DNA of 61,111 nt from Chloroflexota bacterium (lineage in GTDB: Bacteria; Chloroflexota; Limnocylindria; Limnocylindrales; CSP1-4), in NCBI GenBank assembly GCA_013815585.1, contig JACDFU010000001.1, forward strand, positions 1-61,111, read 5' to 3'. Made by a program: the position numbers and the translations under genes. How positions within the stretch are numbered: position 1 is the first letter of the stretch; each line of letters begins with the position of its first letter. The notes beneath the pieces are model-generated. The model was not told the origin of the DNA. It was given only the letters and a program-made list of their open reading frames with translations, and did no database searches. Positions 7,335 through 15,841 of this stretch are shown here, piece by piece.

Positions 7335-9605
7335 TCAGGGCGTGGCGCTGACCGAGGCTTCCTCACCCTCCGGACTCGCGCCTCCCGAGGCAGCAGGCTC
7401 TGGCGTCGATGCCGGGGAAGCTGCCGGCGACGGCGACGCGGTCGGCAGCGGGGCATCCTCCAGGATGCTCTCACGCAACCGCTTGGAGTCCAGCCACATC
7501 AGCGCAGGAGCGCCCTCCTCGCGTTCGTCGAGGTAGAGACCGCGCATGTTCTTGAACGACGTGTTCGGCGGCAGCGGGACGAACTGCTCGATGTACGACC
7601 CGTCCTCCTTGCTGAAGACGACGATGCGGCGGTGCTTGGCGTCCCAGACGTAGAGCAGCCCTTCCTTGCGACCTCCGGTTCCGGCGAGCAGGCGGTAGTC
7701 GTGGCCCGGACGGACGTCTCCGTCGTCAGGGGGCACTTCGAGCTCGAAGCCGTCGTCGCGGCCATTTTCGTGCCGGATGACCCCCTCGGAGGTCAGGGCA
7801 TAGATGTCACCATCGATGTAGAGCTGGTGAAAGTCCGAGACGTCCCTGGCCGTGGCGAGGTAGCCGGTCGGGCTCGAAGGGAAACCGCTGCCATCGGCGG
7901 CCGGGAGATAGCGCAGGATCTGGCGCTCGCTCGGGTCGAGAACGTAGAAGTTGTAGAGACCCTGCTCGTCGTCGGCCACGTACGTGCCGCTGTCGATTAC
8001 GTCGTCTCCCCAGGGGCTATCCCCTCCGACGCGCACTTCGCTCAGGGTCCCCCGCCCCTCCTCGTTGGAAGGCCTCCAGCGCCATAGCCCGCCGCCCCGA
8101 TCCAGGATGAGCACCTCGGGCCCACCGACGGCCAGCTGCCATGGGGCGGCGATTCCGTCACCGGGCCCATCACCGACCTCGACGATCACTTCCTTGCGGC
8201 GGTCCCGGGGCTCCCACCAGACCACCGTCTCGCTGGCTTCATCGATGGCGTAGGTGGCACCGTCGGGACCCTGGACCACGTCGATCATCTCGGCGTTCGG
8301 AACGTCCTGCGAATAGATGATCGCCGTACGAATGTTGTTGTGCCGGACGTCGTAGAGCTCATCCAGCCCCGCGGTGACCTCCTGCCGAAGGGGATCGACG
8401 CGACCGGGCACGACGCCCGCCTCGGCCGCCGTGCCGAGGAAGGCCCAGGCCTCCCGCAGCAACCGGAGGGCCCGTTCACTGTCGTCGCTCACCAGATCGC
8501 CATCGGTTACCTGCGTAACCCGATCCCGGGCAGAGGCCAGCGCATTCTCGCCGCTGTTCACAGCGGGGATCTGCTCGTCTCGGCTGAGCGCACCGCCCGC
8601 GTACCAGAGGCTGACCCCCAGCACCAGCACGAGGGCGAGGAAGGAGAGCAATGCGAAGGCCGCTCGCCGCTGGGATTCCCGGCGGGCCGTCGGCGAGGTG
8701 ACCCGCCGATACCGCGCACCCCGTCGCGGCAGCAGCCCGGTGAAGCGGTCGACCAGGCCAAAGACGGCGCCTCCGGCAGCCTCGCGGGCCTGGCGGGCGC
8801 CAGCCTGCACGGCGGCTGCAGCGTCCGCGATCGGATCCGCGAGCGGAATGGGCGAGCGATCCGGAGCGCCGGCCAGGGGGTTCAGGGGCGCCACCGGGAC
8901 CAGCCTGCGCTCGGCCCGGGTCGCGTTTACCTCGGTGGCTTCGATCACCAGGACGGCGTCAGAGCCATCTCCCCCGGCGGCCACAAAGAGGTGGTGGAGA
9001 TGCTCAACGGCTGACTGTGGGTGGAGCGTCACCACGGCGTTCTTGAGCTCGTCGGGCGGGATTAACCGCGTCACGTTGCCCGAGACGAGGATCAGGGAAT
9101 CCCCAACCGCGACATCGCCCCGCCAGACGTCGATCCGGGGCTCATCGGGGCTCGGCATGCCTTCGCTTCGCTCGTCCTCGGGCAGGGTGAGGAGGCGCGC
9201 CTGTCGCACCAGGTAGGCGTTCCCGTCGCCGATGGCCGCGACATAGAGCTCGTGTCCGCGCACGACGGCCACCACTCCCCCGACTGAACCCCGTCCGAGC
9301 CCATGGCTCTCTCGGCCGTGACGAAGCCGGCGGTTGGCGCTGCGGATCGCCTTCTCCAGGCAGATCGGTATGCCCGCGGATTCGTCGTAGTAGTAATCAC
9401 GCCGGATGGTGTCGGCGACGAGCGCCGTCGCTTCTCCCGAGCGCGCAGCCGTGCCCGGGTTGGCCGTGATGACGACGAAGATGCTGCCCTTGGAGCGGCT
9501 GACGGAACCGATGGACGGCTCCGTGACGAGGATCGTGTCGGGGGAGGTGTCGAGCCGGTCCTTGTCCGCGATCAGCCCGGCCTTGAGGTGGAGTCGGACG
9601 GCCAT
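7335..9605 (-). CDS. PP2C/PPM-like domain - single TM helix - extracytoplasmic beta-propeller-like domain protein
   Basis: The N-terminal ~260 aa have PPM-like blocks (AAIGDGNAYLV, LILVSGN, GGDGSDAVLVIEA). One TM helix is present (AAFALLSFLALVLVLGVSLWYAG). The C-terminal ~400 aa have repeated strand motifs (YVWDAKHRRIVVFSKEDGSY, LYNFYVLDPSERQILRY, IYALTSEGVIRHENG), followed by a Pro/Ala/Ser/Thr-rich tail. Confidence 0.6.
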   Translation of the reverse strand: MAVRLHLKAGLIADKDRLDTSPDTILVTEPSIGSVSRSKGSIFVVITANPGTAARSGEATALVADTIRRDYYYDESAGIPICLEKAIRSANRRLRHGRESHGLGRGSVGGVVAVVRGHELYVAAIGDGNAYLVRQARLLTLPEDERSEGMPSPDEPRIDVWRGDVAVGDSLILVSGNVTRLIPPDELKNAVVTLHPQSAVEHLHHLFVAAGGDGSDAVLVIEATEVNATRAERRLVPVAPLNPLAGAPDRSPIPLADPIADAAAAVQAGARQAREAAGGAVFGLVDRFTGLLPRRGARYRRVTSPTARRESQRRAAFALLSFLALVLVLGVSLWYAGGALSRDEQIPAVNSGENALASARDRVTQVTDGDLVSDDSERALRLLREAWAFLGTAAEAGVVPGRVDPLRQEVTAGLDELYDVRHNNIRTAIIYSQDVPNAEMIDVVQGPDGATYAIDEASETVVWWEPRDRRKEVIVEVGDGPGDGIAAPWQLAVGGPEVLILDRGGGLWRWRPSNEEGRGTLSEVRVGGDSPWGDDVIDSGTYVADDEQGLYNFYVLDPSERQILRYLPAADGSGFPSSPTGYLATARDVSDFHQLYIDGDIYALTSEGVIRHENGRDDGFELEVPPDDGDVRPGHDYRLLAGTGGRKEGLLYVWDAKHRRIVVFSKEDGSYIEQFVPLPPNTSFKNMRGLYLDEREEGAPALMWLDSKRLRESILEDAPLPTASPSPAASPASTPEPAASGGASPEGEEASVSATP

Positions 9606-9617
9606 GGGCGGCCTAGT

Positions 9618-9980
9618 CTACACGCCACTCCCGCGCCGACCGGAGCTCCCGGAGAGGGGCCGAAGCACGACCCTCAGCTCGAGGAAACGCGTGCCTCCTG
9701 AGGCCTGCGCGAAGGCAGCAAGAAGTTCGTCGGCCCTCAGACGCAGTTCCTGCGCCACGATCGGGGCAGCAGCGCTGACCACCAGCACCCCGGGCTGGAA
9801 TGCCAGCAACTCCGTGCTGGCTGACGCCGCGGGGACGCGCTCGGCCACGAGCCGCTGCCAGGTCGCCATGGCACGAGCGGTGCGCAGCTCCTCCTCGAGC
9901 CCCAGCGCGGCGGCGGCCTCCGGGATCAGCTCAGCGAGCCGCCGCATCGGCCGGCGGCGGCCGGCGGGCGCGTCGCTCAT
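9618..9980 (-). CDS. dciA: DUF721/DciA-family protein (putative replicative helicase operator)
   Basis: The start at ATG 9980 forms an ATGA overlap with the recF stop. The pattern W..LV...V...S....F..GVLVV.A......QEL.L....LL is typical of DUF721. The position directly after recF is canonical for this family. Confidence 0.65.
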   Translation of the reverse strand: MSDAPAGRRRPMRRLAELIPEAAAALGLEEELRTARAMATWQRLVAERVPAASASTELLAFQPGVLVVSAAAPIVAQELRLRADELLAAFAQASGGTRFLELRVVLRPLSGSSGRRGSGV

Positions 9981-11104
9981 GGATTTCCAGCCCGACTGGC
10001 CTCCAGCCGACCTTCTGCAACCCGCCACGCGGTCGAGGCGGCGAGCAGCGCCGGCTCCAGGTCCGTGGGCGCGGTGCTGGTCACGAAGGCCTGTGGCAGG
10101 GCAGCGATGCGGCGCACAAGATGGGAGCGCCGATCGGGATCGAGCTCGCTGAAGACATCGTCAAGCAGGAGCAGGGGCGGGATCCCTCGGGTCTGCTCGA
10201 GCAGATCCAGCTGGGCGAGCTTCAGGGCAAGGATCGCGGTCCGCTGCTGGCCGCGTGAGGCGAACGAGGCGAGATCCCGGCCATCCTGCTCGAAGACGAC
10301 GTCGTCGCGGTGCGGACCGACCAGCGTCACCCCGTTCCAGAGCTCCTTCTCGGCCGTCTCGGCGAGACGCCGCCGCAGCGCCTCAGCAGGGCCCTCGCCA
10401 ACCTCGGGGGGAGCGTTCGTGGCATATCGCAGCGACAGTCGGCCCTCCTCCGGCGCAATCTCGCGATGCGCCGAGCTCAGTGGTCCCGCGAGCTCGTCGA
10501 GGAGCTCGATCCGTCGCGCAACGATCTGTCCGCCCTCCTCGACGATCAGGTTGTCCCAGTAGGGCAACTGATCGCGCTCGGCGAGTGTCTCGCGGATCGC
10601 TCGGAGCAGGCCGTTCCGCTGCTGGAGCGCCCGACCATAGGTGGCGAGCGATCGGCCGTAGAGGGGGTACCTGGCCGCGGCGAGCGTGTCCAGCGTCGCT
10701 CGCCGGAGTGAGGGGGAACCCACGACGAGGAGCATCTCTTCAGGGGCGAACAGCACGATGGGCAGCGCGTCGGTGAGTGCGCTCGAGCGCCGTGCCACAC
10801 CATTCACCCGAATGCGCTTGCGTCCCGATCCATGCCCGCTCCGAGCGAGGGCCACCTCGACGGCAGCCTCACCGCCCATTGCTGTACCCACCTCCGCCTC
10901 GACCCTCGCGAACGGCTCACCCCAGGTGATCACCTCCTCGTCGCTCGAGGTCCGGTGCGACCGACCCAGGCTGAGCACCACGATCGCCTCGAGCAGGTTG
11001 GTCTTGCCGGCGGCATTCGCGCCGAAGATGAGTTGTGGACCGGGGCCAAAGGCCGCATCGAGCTCCCGGTACGTGCGAAACCCGGTGAGCCGAAGCCGGC
11101 GAAT
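9977..11104 (-). CDS. recF: DNA replication and repair protein RecF
   Basis: The track ORF starts at GTG 10981, but the same open frame upstream encodes IRRLRLTGFRTYRELDAAFGPGPQLIFGANAAGKTNLLEAI. That stretch is the RecF N-terminus including Walker A. I found no ATG/GTG/TTG in any frame between the dnaN stop and codon 10981, so the start is provisionally placed at ATT 11104. Confidence 0.85.
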   Translation of the reverse strand: MRRLRLTGFRTYRELDAAFGPGPQLIFGANAAGKTNLLEAIVVLSLGRSHRTSSDEEVITWGEPFARVEAEVGTAMGGEAAVEVALARSGHGSGRKRIRVNGVARRSSALTDALPIVLFAPEEMLLVVGSPSLRRATLDTLAAARYPLYGRSLATYGRALQQRNGLLRAIRETLAERDQLPYWDNLIVEEGGQIVARRIELLDELAGPLSSAHREIAPEEGRLSLRYATNAPPEVGEGPAEALRRRLAETAEKELWNGVTLVGPHRDDVVFEQDGRDLASFASRGQQRTAILALKLAQLDLLEQTRGIPPLLLLDDVFSELDPDRRSHLVRRIAALPQAFVTSTAPTDLEPALLAASTAWRVAEGRLEASRAGNP

Positions 11105-11148
11105 CCCGGCCGTGGCCGGCGTGGCGCGGGGTGGCGCCTCTCCCGGGG

Positions 11149-12261
11149 CTAGGACGGCGTCCTCACGGGCATGATCACGTGGACGTATTCGTCGTCCCCC
11201 ACCGGCTTGAGCACGCCAGGCGACAAAGGACCCGTGAACTCGAGTGCCAGCTGTTCGGCGTCCAGGTTCTGCAGGGCCTCCAGCAGGTAACGAGCGTTGA
11301 AGGCGATGGCGACGCCGTCCCCCTCCACGGCCGCGTCGACCTGTCCCTCCGTGTCGCCGATATCTGCAGCCGCCGCGATCGTTAGGCCTCCCTCTCCCCC
11401 GTCCAGCCTGAGCTTCACCACGTTTGCCGAAGAGCTTGCGATGAGCGCGGAGAGCTTGACCGCGTTGAGCATCTCCTGTCGCTCCACGACAGCGCGGGTG
11501 GTGTGCGAGGTCGGCATGACCTGCTGGTAGTTCGGGAACTGGCCGTCGATGAGGCGGCTCACCAGGTCCACGCCTTCGAGGTGAAACAGGATCTGGTTCT
11601 TGGCCGGCGTAATGATCACCTCGACCGGATCGTCCATGTCCGAGAGGACCCGCATCAGTTCCACGTACGAGCGGGCGGGCACCACGATGCTGGTCTCCTC
11701 CACGGGGTCCAGGGTGGTCAGGGTCTTGACTGCGATCCGGTAGTTGTCGGCAGCTGCCAGCGTCAGTCGATCTCCCTCAAACTTGGTTAGCACTCCGGTC
11801 AGGATCGGCCGTGCCTCATCGGTGGCCGCTGCGTACGTCACCTGGGCGAGAGCCTGGCGCAGAGCGCGCTGGCTGATCCGGGTGGTCGGGCGTTCTCCAG
11901 CCGATGGAATGACCGGGAACTCTTCGGCGTCGATCCCTCGCAGGTGCGCCTGGTGCCGGCCGGACCGGATCTGTAGGGAGGCACCCTCGGCGTTCAGATC
12001 GACTCGCTCCCCTGTGGGCAGCGAGTTCACGACGTCCGTGATGAGCCGGGCGGGCACCGTGAGTGCCCCGTCGACCTCGATCTTGCCTGGCACCCAGCAG
12101 GTCATGCCGATCTCGAGGTTCGTGGCCGTCAGCTTGAGGCCCGCGTCCTCCGTCCGAAGGAGCACGTTGGCGAGCACCGGTAGCGTGCTGCGGGAGCTCA
12201 CGGCCCGGCTGACGATCTGCAGGCCGCGCGCCAGGTTGTCCTGCATGAGGGAGATCTTCAC
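11149..12261 (-). CDS. dnaN: DNA polymerase III beta sliding clamp
   Basis: GTG start, N-terminus MKISLMQDNLARGLQIVSRAVSSRSTLPVLANVLL, 370 aa, canonical position between dnaA and recF. Confidence 0.95.
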   Translation of the reverse strand: MKISLMQDNLARGLQIVSRAVSSRSTLPVLANVLLRTEDAGLKLTATNLEIGMTCWVPGKIEVDGALTVPARLITDVVNSLPTGERVDLNAEGASLQIRSGRHQAHLRGIDAEEFPVIPSAGERPTTRISQRALRQALAQVTYAAATDEARPILTGVLTKFEGDRLTLAAADNYRIAVKTLTTLDPVEETSIVVPARSYVELMRVLSDMDDPVEVIITPAKNQILFHLEGVDLVSRLIDGQFPNYQQVMPTSHTTRAVVERQEMLNAVKLSALIASSSANVVKLRLDGGEGGLTIAAAADIGDTEGQVDAAVEGDGVAIAFNARYLLEALQNLDAEQLALEFTGPLSPGVLKPVGDDEYVHVIMPVRTPS

Positions 12262-12575
12262 CTTCTCACCTATCTTCTCATTCCGTCACCGTCGTCATCA
12301 TGGTGTGGAGGGCGTGGACTCGCACGCTCGATCGTGTGGCGCAGCCGTGTGGACGGAGCTTGGCTGACGTGCACGAGAGGCGGCCTGCTTGGGGACGCGA
12401 TGGCGACCCACACGAACAACGTGTGGAAACGTCGCTCGTCAATCGCAGCAGCGTCCATGCCGGGGCGCGATTCCTCCACGAGGCAGAGCCGGCCAGACGG
12501 GGTCTTGTCCACAAGGCGATGACCTTTTCCACAGAAACAGGCCCCTTTTCCACACGGGACGCCCGAGGGCTGGAC
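12262..12575. promoter_or_regulatory. oriC: Candidate oriC: DnaA-box cluster in the dnaA-dnaN spacer
   Basis: Three same-orientation boxes are spaced 20 and 21 bp apart: TTGTCCACA 12505..12513, TTTTCCACA 12525..12533 and TTTTCCACA 12546..12554. Opposite-orientation boxes are TGTGGAAAC 12422..12430, TGTGGACGG 12348..12356, TGTGGCGCA 12335..12343 and TGTGGAGGG 12304..12312. The least GC-rich stretch (12262..12300, CCTTCTCACCTATCTTCTCATTCC...) lies at the dnaN-proximal end and could be the unwinding element. Confidence 0.7.
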
Positions 12576-13922
12576 TCAGTCGGCGTAGATCAGCTCGCGG
12601 ACGGCGGCCAGCTCGCGCCGAAGCTCGTCGTTGTCCTGGCTCTCCCGGTTGATCTTGGCGCAGGCATGCAGAACGGTGGAATGGTCCCGCCCGCCGAGCT
12701 CGGCACCGATGCGCAGCAGTGAGACGTCTGTCTCCGCTCGCATGAGGTACATCGCGATCTGCCTGGGGACCACGATCGCCTTGTCCCGTTTCTGGCCGCG
12801 CAGCGCATCCATCTCGACGCCGTAGTAGTCGGAGACCGCCTGCGCGATGCGCTCGGGCGTCACGGTGCGCTTCTTGGGGTTGTAGAGCACGTTGGAGAGC
12901 ACCGCCTGGGCAAGCTCGATGCCGATCGGCATGGCGCCCATGCTGGCGTAGGCCATGATCCGGTTGAGGGCCCCCTCGAGTTCGCGAATGTTGCTCACGA
13001 CCTTGCGGGCGATGAACTCCAGCACGTCCGAGGAAATTGGCACCGCCTGCTCTTCGGCCTTGGCGCGCAAGATCGCGATCCTGGTCTCCAGGTCGGGCAC
13101 GGTGAGGTCTGCGATGAGGCCCCATTCGAAGCGGCTTCGGAGGCGCTCCTCGAGCGTGAGGATCGCCTTGGGCGGGCGGTCGCTCGAGAGCACGATCTGC
13201 TTGCCATCTTCATGGATGGCATTGAAGGTATGAAAGAACTCCTCCTGGGTCCGCTCCTTGTCGGCGATGAACTGGATATCGTCGATCAGGAGGAGGTCAA
13301 TGCGTCGGTAGCGAGACCGGAATTCCTCGATCTTGCCCTGTTGAATGCTGGCGATGAACTCGTTGGTGAACTTCTCGCTCGTGGCATAGGCGACGCGCTT
13401 CCGAGGGAACCGGCCGATCACTTGGTTGCCGATGGCATGCATTAGGTGCGTCTTGCCCAGGCCGACGCCGCCGTAGAGGAAGAGCGGGTTGTAGGCATGA
13501 CCCGGGCGCTCCGCCACCGACAGGCTGGCCGCGTGCGCCAGGCGGTTGGCCGACCCGACGATGAAGCTTGCGAACGTGTACCTGCCGTTGATGCTCGAGC
13601 CCGAGCCGTCGCTTCCGACCCGAGCTGGCTCCAGGCGGACGGGCTCGGCCGGCTCGCTGTCGGGACTCGGCGCGGCTCCCTCGCGGACCTCGAAATCGAC
13701 CTGGACGCTGTAACCGACGATCCGGGCCAGGGTCTGGCTGATCAGCGAGCGGTAGCGGGTCTCGAGCCAGTCCTTGGCAAAACCATTGGGAACAGCCACG
13801 CGGAAGCGGTTATCGGCGACCTCGACCAGAGCCGTTTCTCTGAGCCAGGTCTCGAAGTTGGCGGGGGAAAGGCAGACCTGGAGCTCTCCGAGCGCGGCGC
13901 GCCATACCTGCTTCGCGTCCAT
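12576..13922 (-). CDS. dnaA: Chromosomal replication initiator protein DnaA
   Basis: The start is trimmed to ATG 13922 (MDAKQVWRAALGELQ). Motifs are GGVGLGKTHLMHAIGN (Walker A), LLIDDIQF, and the C-terminal DNA-binding signature HSTVLHACAKI. Confidence 0.95.
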   Translation of the reverse strand: MDAKQVWRAALGELQVCLSPANFETWLRETALVEVADNRFRVAVPNGFAKDWLETRYRSLISQTLARIVGYSVQVDFEVREGAAPSPDSEPAEPVRLEPARVGSDGSGSSINGRYTFASFIVGSANRLAHAASLSVAERPGHAYNPLFLYGGVGLGKTHLMHAIGNQVIGRFPRKRVAYATSEKFTNEFIASIQQGKIEEFRSRYRRIDLLLIDDIQFIADKERTQEEFFHTFNAIHEDGKQIVLSSDRPPKAILTLEERLRSRFEWGLIADLTVPDLETRIAILRAKAEEQAVPISSDVLEFIARKVVSNIRELEGALNRIMAYASMGAMPIGIELAQAVLSNVLYNPKKRTVTPERIAQAVSDYYGVEMDALRGQKRDKAIVVPRQIAMYLMRAETDVSLLRIGAELGGRDHSTVLHACAKINRESQDNDELRRELAAVRELIYAD

Positions 13923-14104
13923 CAATAGCCGACCCTGATGCGTGACGATCCATTGCCTGTTCGATCGGCCCCAGAGACCCGCTTCGGTCGGGTCCCGGGA
14001 GACACGCTCCGGCCGGCGCCGATCGAGGTGTCGCGCTGGCTCCCAGGGCCGACCGTCAAGGTCTGGCGGGGTGCCACCGGCGTCCCGGCGCTGGGGGCCG
14101 GGAC

Positions 14105-14133
14105 ACTGTAGCACCGGGTCCGCGGGCTCGCAA
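14105..14133 (-). promoter_or_regulatory. Candidate dnaA promoter TTGCGA-N17-TACAGT (preceded by a TG, extended -10-like)
   Basis: On the minus strand the sequence reads TTGCGA (14133..14128), a 17-nt spacer ending in GTGC, then TACAGT (14110..14105). It sits about 180 nt upstream of dnaA ATG 13922. Confidence 0.35.
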
Positions 14134-14189
14134 CGCACTTTCGCCTATACTCCCGGAGAGTATCGGTCGCGAGCCGTACCCGACGCGAA

Positions 14190-14585
14190 TCAGCCGATCC
14201 GGTCGCCCGGCGAAGCGCCAGGATCGACGCTGAGAAGCGGGATTCGGCCATCGGCCGGCAGCGCCCCAAGCACCAGCACCTCGCTCGAGAACCCTGCGAT
14301 TCGGCGTGGCGGGAAGTTGACCACGGCAACAACGAGCCGGCCCACCAGTGCCGCGGGATCCGGGTAGGTTCCGGGCAGCTGAGCGGACGATTGGCGCTGG
14401 CCGAGCGTTCCGAAGTCGATCCGCATTCGGTAGGCGGGCTTGCGAGCGCCCGGGAGCACCTCAGCGCTGCGAATCCGACCAATGCGAAGGTCGAGGCGCT
14501 GGAACTCCTGGAAGGTCGCCGTGCCCGGCTCCCCGGGGGCACCTCCCGAGGTCGATCCTGCTTCACCGTCGTCCGCGTCTCTCAC
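14190..14585 (-). CDS. tRNA-binding domain protein (CsaA/EMAP-like)
   Basis: The motif LDLRIGRIRSAEVLPGARKPAYRMRIDFGTLGQRQSSAQL matches the CsaA-type tRNA-binding fold. The start is placed at GTG 14585, which is preceded by GGAGAGGTGGGAAGG. The track start is 14666. Confidence 0.75.
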   Translation of the reverse strand: MRDADDGEAGSTSGGAPGEPGTATFQEFQRLDLRIGRIRSAEVLPGARKPAYRMRIDFGTLGQRQSSAQLPGTYPDPAALVGRLVVAVVNFPPRRIAGFSSEVLVLGALPADGRIPLLSVDPGASPGDRIG

Positions 14586-14677
14586 CCTTCCCACCTCTCC
14601 CTTTTCGGCGACCGGCGCGCGCTGCCACACCCGACAGGCTCGAGGCCCTCGCCAGGACTGCGCCACCGTCGAAGCTG

Positions 14678-15076
14678 TCAGATCTTTTCATGCCTCGCTG
14701 CAGAGACGCGACCTGACCGGTCGGTCTTGTAGCGACCCTTGCTTAGGTCGACGAGTGTCAGCTCGGTTCCAAACGGGTCACGAACGACAGCGACGCGGCC
14801 GACGGGGATGTCCGCGGGCTCGGCGACGATCGAACCGCCAGCCTCGGCGAATGCGCGTACGGCGTCCTGGACGGACATGACGAGCAAGTCGGTTTCGGGC
14901 CCGACGTCGAGGGATAGGACCAGCTCGGTCTCGCTCCCGGCCAGGCCCAATCCGGCCATCCTGTCCGTTCGCCAGGCGACCTGGTGCCCCAAGGAATCTC
15001 GATAGAACCTCAGACCTGCGTCGAGATCAGGCACCTTCACGACGACGGCGTCGACGGCAACCAGTAGTGGAGCCAT
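14678..15076 (-). CDS. VOC (glyoxalase/bleomycin-resistance/dioxygenase) family protein
   Basis: ATG 15076 is preceded by GGGAGGAA. The N-terminal motif VVVKVPDLDAGLRFYRDSLG and the C-terminal VVRDPFGTELTLVD are typical of VOC proteins. Confidence 0.75.
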   Translation of the reverse strand: MAPLLVAVDAVVVKVPDLDAGLRFYRDSLGHQVAWRTDRMAGLGLAGSETELVLSLDVGPETDLLVMSVQDAVRAFAEAGGSIVAEPADIPVGRVAVVRDPFGTELTLVDLSKGRYKTDRSGRVSAARHEKI

Positions 15077-15155
15077 GGCATTCCTCCCGCGATCAAGGGT
15101 CGCGCCAACGCGGCTGGTCAAGCAGCCCGGCGGTGGGCCGAGGGTCCGGTCTTGA

Positions 15156-15185
15156 TTGACACCTCATCGGCCCCATTCCTATAAT
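15156..15185 (+). promoter_or_regulatory. Near-consensus sigma70-type promoter TTGACA-N18-TATAAT for the rpmH operon
   Basis: TTGACA is at 15156..15161 and TATAAT at 15180..15185. The site lies about 135 nt upstream of the rpmH ATG. Confidence 0.6.
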
Positions 15186-15323
15186 CCCAGCGACTCGGAC
15201 GCGCCGGTGTGCCTTGCCCGGGATCATCCCGGAGGGGATCACTGGGCGCGTTTCATTTGTCTCTGGGGCTCCGCTTGGAACGCCCCGCCGACGCCCTTAC
15301 CACCTAGGAGCCCACCGGGCGCC

Positions 15324-15458
15324 ATGAAGCGAACCTACCAGCCGAAGAAGCGTCACCGCGCCAAGGAGCACGGCTTTCGTGCCCGGATGAAGAGCCAGGG
15401 CGGTCGGCGGATCCTGGCCGCGCGACGCGCGAAAGGGCGCCACCGGCTGAGCGTCTGA
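15324..15458 (+). CDS. rpmH: 50S ribosomal protein L34
   Basis: The sequence [44 protein letters not shown] is an unmistakable L34. AGGAG lies 13 nt upstream of the start. Confidence 0.95.
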   Translation: MKRTYQPKKRHRAKEHGFRARMKSQGGRRILAARRAKGRHRLSV

Positions 15459-15460
15459 CT

Positions 15461-15841
15461 GTGCGGCTCGGCGAGCCGCTCGTGGGCGGGTCGCTCCAGA
15501 TGCTGCGCTCGAAGCGGGACTTCGAAGCGCTCCAGCGCTCGAAGCTCAGCCGAGTCCACCCGCTCATGACGGTCCGCCTCCTCCCCACCGACCGCGATGC
15601 CACACGCTTCGGCCTCTCCACCGGACGGCGTATCGGAGGGGCGGTCCAGCGGAATCGTGTGCGGAGGCGGATTCGGGAGATCCTCCGGATGCTCGGGCCA
15701 CGTCTCGTGCCCGGCTGGGATGTGCTGATCGTGGCCCGACCGGCAAGCGCCGGGGCCTCACAAGCGGCTCTGGCCGCCGCGCTGGAGCGGATCCTGGGGA
15801 CGGCGGGTCTGCTGGTTGAAGGAGAAAAGACGGATCGGTGA
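15461..15841 (+). CDS. rnpA: Ribonuclease P protein component
   Basis: GTG start 2 nt after the rpmH stop. It carries the basic RNR-type motif [14 protein letters not shown] and sits in the canonical rpmH-rnpA position. Confidence 0.85.
   Translation: MRLGEPLVGGSLQMLRSKRDFEALQRSKLSRVHPLMTVRLLPTDRDATRFGLSTGRRIGGAVQRNRVRRRIREILRMLGPRLVPGWDVLIVARPASAGASQAALAAALERILGTAGLLVEGEKTDR

Noticed and set aside
13923-14138. A 72-codon 5' extension of the dnaA ORF.
   Set aside because: The extension has no DnaA homology and out-of-frame-like composition. The conserved DnaA N-terminus begins at MDAKQVW (ATG 13922).
14147-14163. The palindrome ATACTC-CCGGA-GAGTAT just upstream of the candidate dnaA promoter.
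   Set aside because: It has only 6-bp arms. It could equally be a chance palindrome, a weak terminator for the csaA-like gene, or an operator. That is not enough evidence to call.
15077-15323. A second DnaA-box cluster expected on the rpmH side of dnaA, as in a bipartite origin.
   Set aside because: I found no TTATCCACA-like 9-mers with 7 or more matches there or in 13923..14189.
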